Assembly (NCBI GenBank): GCA_963674755.2
Contig: CAXXVS010000003.1
Coordinates: 1,088,001-1,152,000 of the forward strand
Reading direction: 5' to 3'
Origin: Desulfobacterales bacterium
GTDB taxonomy: Bacteria > Desulfobacterota > Desulfobacteria > Desulfobacterales > UBA5852
DNA length: 64,000 nt
The notes below the pieces were generated by a model. It had not been told where the DNA came from. It saw only the letters and a list, made by a program, of their open reading frames with translations, and searched no databases. The translations under genes and the position numbers were made by a program. Of the stretch, positions 61,587-64,000 are shown one piece after another; position 1 is the stretch's first letter, and every line of letters begins with the position of its first letter.

Positions 61587-62470
61587 ATGCCACGTCAATC
61601 CCGATTGGACGCACCAGGCGCCCTGCACCATATCATCGTTCGCGGTATCGAGCGGCGCAACATCTTTGCCGACGATTGTGACCGATATGATTTTATCAAC
61701 CGGTTGGGCGTTATTGTTAAAGAGACTTATACCGTCTGTTTCGCCTGGGCCCTGCTTCCCAACCATTTTCATCTTTCCTCTGCCAAGAGGACAGCTACTT
61801 CCTGGAGTTGGTGCGCTATATCCATTTGAATCCGCTAAGAGCCAAGTTGATCCCGGATATGAATGCCCCTGGTCGATATCCCTTTTGCGGCCGTAGCGTC
61901 ATCATGGGCCAAACCCAACAATCCTGGCAAGATATCGATAAAGTGCTCAGCTATTTCGGAAAGCAAAGGGGGCCAGGGCGGCGGAGCTACCGCGCGTTTG
62001 TCTCGAAAGGAATAGAGCAGGGAAGACGATCGGATTTCACCGGAGGCGGATTGATTCGGAGCCAGGGTGGCTGGGAGGCGGTCAAAAGCCTACGAAAAAC
62101 CGGAGATCACCGCGAAAGCGATGAACGTATCCTTGGCGATAGCGTTTTCGCCAAAAAAGTGCTGGCATAAAGTGAGGAGGTCTTGGAGCGAAAGTATGCC
62201 CTGCAAGCAAGGGGCATTGGCATTGAAGACATGGCCGAACGCGTGGCACATTTGCTCGGAATGACCTACGATGAGGTATGGCTTCCCGGAAAATACCAGA
62301 AACAGGTAGCTGCACGCAGCCTGTTGTGTTTTTGGGCGGTAAACGAATTGGGATTCAGCGTGACCGCCCTTGGTAAAAAATTAGGTATTTCCGTGCCTGC
62401 CATCAGCAAGTCGGTACGGCGTGGCGCTGCGATCGCTCACGAAAATAGCTATATGATTTTCCGAAGTTAA
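61587..62470 (+). pseudogene. REP-associated (Y1 HUH) tyrosine transposase pseudogene with C-terminal HTH
   Basis: MPRQSRLD..LHHIIVRG, NHFHL, then an apparent deletion/frameshift to LCQEDSYFLELVRYIHLNP; premature TAA at 62168. Confidence 0.85.
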
Positions 62471-62499
62471 GAAAGCAGGGGCGTCCCCTCCATATGTCC

Positions 62500-62766
62500 C
62501 CTGTGGGAGTCGGATCAACCCATAGTACTCTGAGACGGTCGCGCCGATTACATGGGGAAGGGGTTGACAGTGGTACGCAGCCCTCAAAGGAAACTCGTAC
62601 CGGACAAAGTCGGGCTGGAACACTACGAGCCAACCTCACTGAGGGGAACAGCAACGTTCCAAAACTGGAATCGCGGAAGCGAGTACCATTGAGGAGCCCG
62701 GTGCGGGAATACCGCACGCCGGGATCTGTGCGGGGGGTGCCGGGTAACCGGCATTCCTACCGCGAC
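62500..62766 (+). mobile_element. Group II intron remnant (DII/DIII-like region, DV, DVI; no DI, IEP deleted)
   Basis: DV GAGCCCGGTGCGGGAATACCGCACGCCGGGATCT (62694-62727); DVI GGGGGTGCCGG-GTAA-CCGGCATTCCTACC ending CGAC; upstream CATGGGGAAGGGG..GACAG DIII-like motif. Confidence 0.82.
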
Positions 62767-62789
62767 TACTCAATACACTATATAAAAAT

Positions 62790-63428
62790 ATGAAGGAACA
62801 GGACCATACATTGAAAGAAGACGTAGCAATTGGAGGCCATAGATGGATTTATGAAAATCTTATCGAACAACTTCGAAATACGGATATTGCCACTTCAGCA
62901 AAGCATCTTGATCTTACCCTGAATGACGCCGGAGAAGCCAAGATCCCGTTTTTGGGTGCGAATTTCCTCATATCCAATGAGGGCGTACGACGGGCGGATG
63001 GAAAGGGGGTCAACGATGCAATTGGAAGTATATTAATTCACTACATTTTGAAAGGCAGTAGCAGTCGGGCGGCTGGTAATTTTATAAATTTTGTGGAACT
63101 TGCGGGTCCCCTTTTCAAACAAAGTAGCTATTCCAGTAGCGCTTTAGAGAGGCCCATAATAAAGCGGTTCCAAGGACGCGTTCCGGAATTATTTGAAGTG
63201 GCGGCATTGTATGGCGGACACCAAGGAGGAGAAGCAGGCTTAGGCTCGGTGAGCTTAATTTTCGATTTGCTTCCGCACATTTTATTACAACTTATTTTCT
63301 ATGACCGAGACGATGAGTTTCCTGCGAGGGCAACCTTATTGTTCGATTCCAACTCGACTCAATTTATCGATTTTGAAGTTTTGGCCGTACTGGTGACCAT
63401 ATTCGTTCAGGCCCTTACGAAACCATGA
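62790..63428 (+). CDS. DUF3786-like domain protein
   Basis: IPFLG, ILIHYI, F.EL.G, LPHILLQLIFYDRDDEFPARATLLFD. Confidence 0.78.
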   Translation: MKEQDHTLKEDVAIGGHRWIYENLIEQLRNTDIATSAKHLDLTLNDAGEAKIPFLGANFLISNEGVRRADGKGVNDAIGSILIHYILKGSSSRAAGNFINFVELAGPLFKQSSYSSSALERPIIKRFQGRVPELFEVAALYGGHQGGEAGLGSVSLIFDLLPHILLQLIFYDRDDEFPARATLLFDSNSTQFIDFEVLAVLVTIFVQALTKP

Positions 63429-63565
63429 GTTTGGTTATGGAATAATCGTATAACCTTTGCTTTGAGAGAGACTTTTGCTATGCCATGGCTTGTTGATGTT
63501 ATAAAGAATGCGTATATCACTTGAATGATCATCGGATGGTTGAAACTGGAAAAGAAAGGCGAGCC

Positions 63566-63823
63566 ATGGGCAATCTGGATGGGAAAAAGCTACCCACTGT
63601 CGAACAGGTGGAAACCATCATGGCGGAATATGGAACATCATCCATCAAGGATTTTGCCGACCGCTTCGGGATTGAAGAAGTCGTGGTCGAGGCCACTATC
63701 GATAGTCTTCACCGCCTTCATAGGATCTCTGCAGAAGACGTCATACCCGCCATTGCCTGCTATAGGGACGACACGCTCGATTCTATCGTTCGATGTGCGG
63801 GTTCAAAGCACGGTTATGAATAA
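63566..63823 (+). CDS. Hypothetical protein
   Basis: Protein-like ORF with GAAAGG upstream; no family recognised. Confidence 0.55.
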   Translation: MGNLDGKKLPTVEQVETIMAEYGTSSIKDFADRFGIEEVVVEATIDSLHRLHRISAEDVIPAIACYRDDTLDSIVRCAGSKHGYE

Positions 63824-64000
63824 GCCGCAGGTTACCTACCACCCGTCTAACCGGCCTGAGGGTATTTAGGGGACTCTCGGAGGTCTATTCTCTAACTATT
63901 TCAATATATAACGTTGTTGACTAAATGTACAAGAGTTGGATTTGTACACTTAGTCATCAACGTCCCTTTCCCCCCCCTTATTGTTCCCGTTATATTTCTA

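Noticed and set aside
61480..62793. Treating the three RAYT ORF pieces and 62494..62793 as separate genes
   Set aside because: They are fragments of one pseudogene and a translation of intron RNA sequence

Overview
A 64 kb window that looks like a Desulfobacterales-type (Desulfosarcina-like) chromosome; this is inferred from gene content and not checked. A core block (tRNA-Leu, tig-clpP-clpX-lon, tRNA-Val) and an Atu/Liu-like acyl-CoA catabolic operon lie between two accessory regions. The left region (about 1-33.5 kb, ending at tRNA-Pro) holds an IclR-controlled TRAP/AbfD/PFOR and AraD1/KGSADH cluster, a partly decayed sigma-54 redox-stress island, a TetR/ADH/TPP-enzyme cluster and an IS3 remnant. 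The redox island has three matching enhancer-promoters, a DEP-domain-fused flavoprotein disulfide reductase, MsrB, AhpD, a MOSC fusion and a probable Sec-containing OsmC. RNase J and an arsR-acr3-orf-arsM operon follow. The right region (after tRNA-Asp) holds a small GIY-YIG nuclease ending in a tRNA-Asp copy whose anticodon arm is replaced by another hairpin, a DUF433/PIN toxin-antitoxin pair, a RAYT pseudogene and an ORF-less group II intron remnant. Two families of structured, covarying intergenic repeats occur between 39 and 57 kb. All assignments come from motif recognition by eye; no searches were run.
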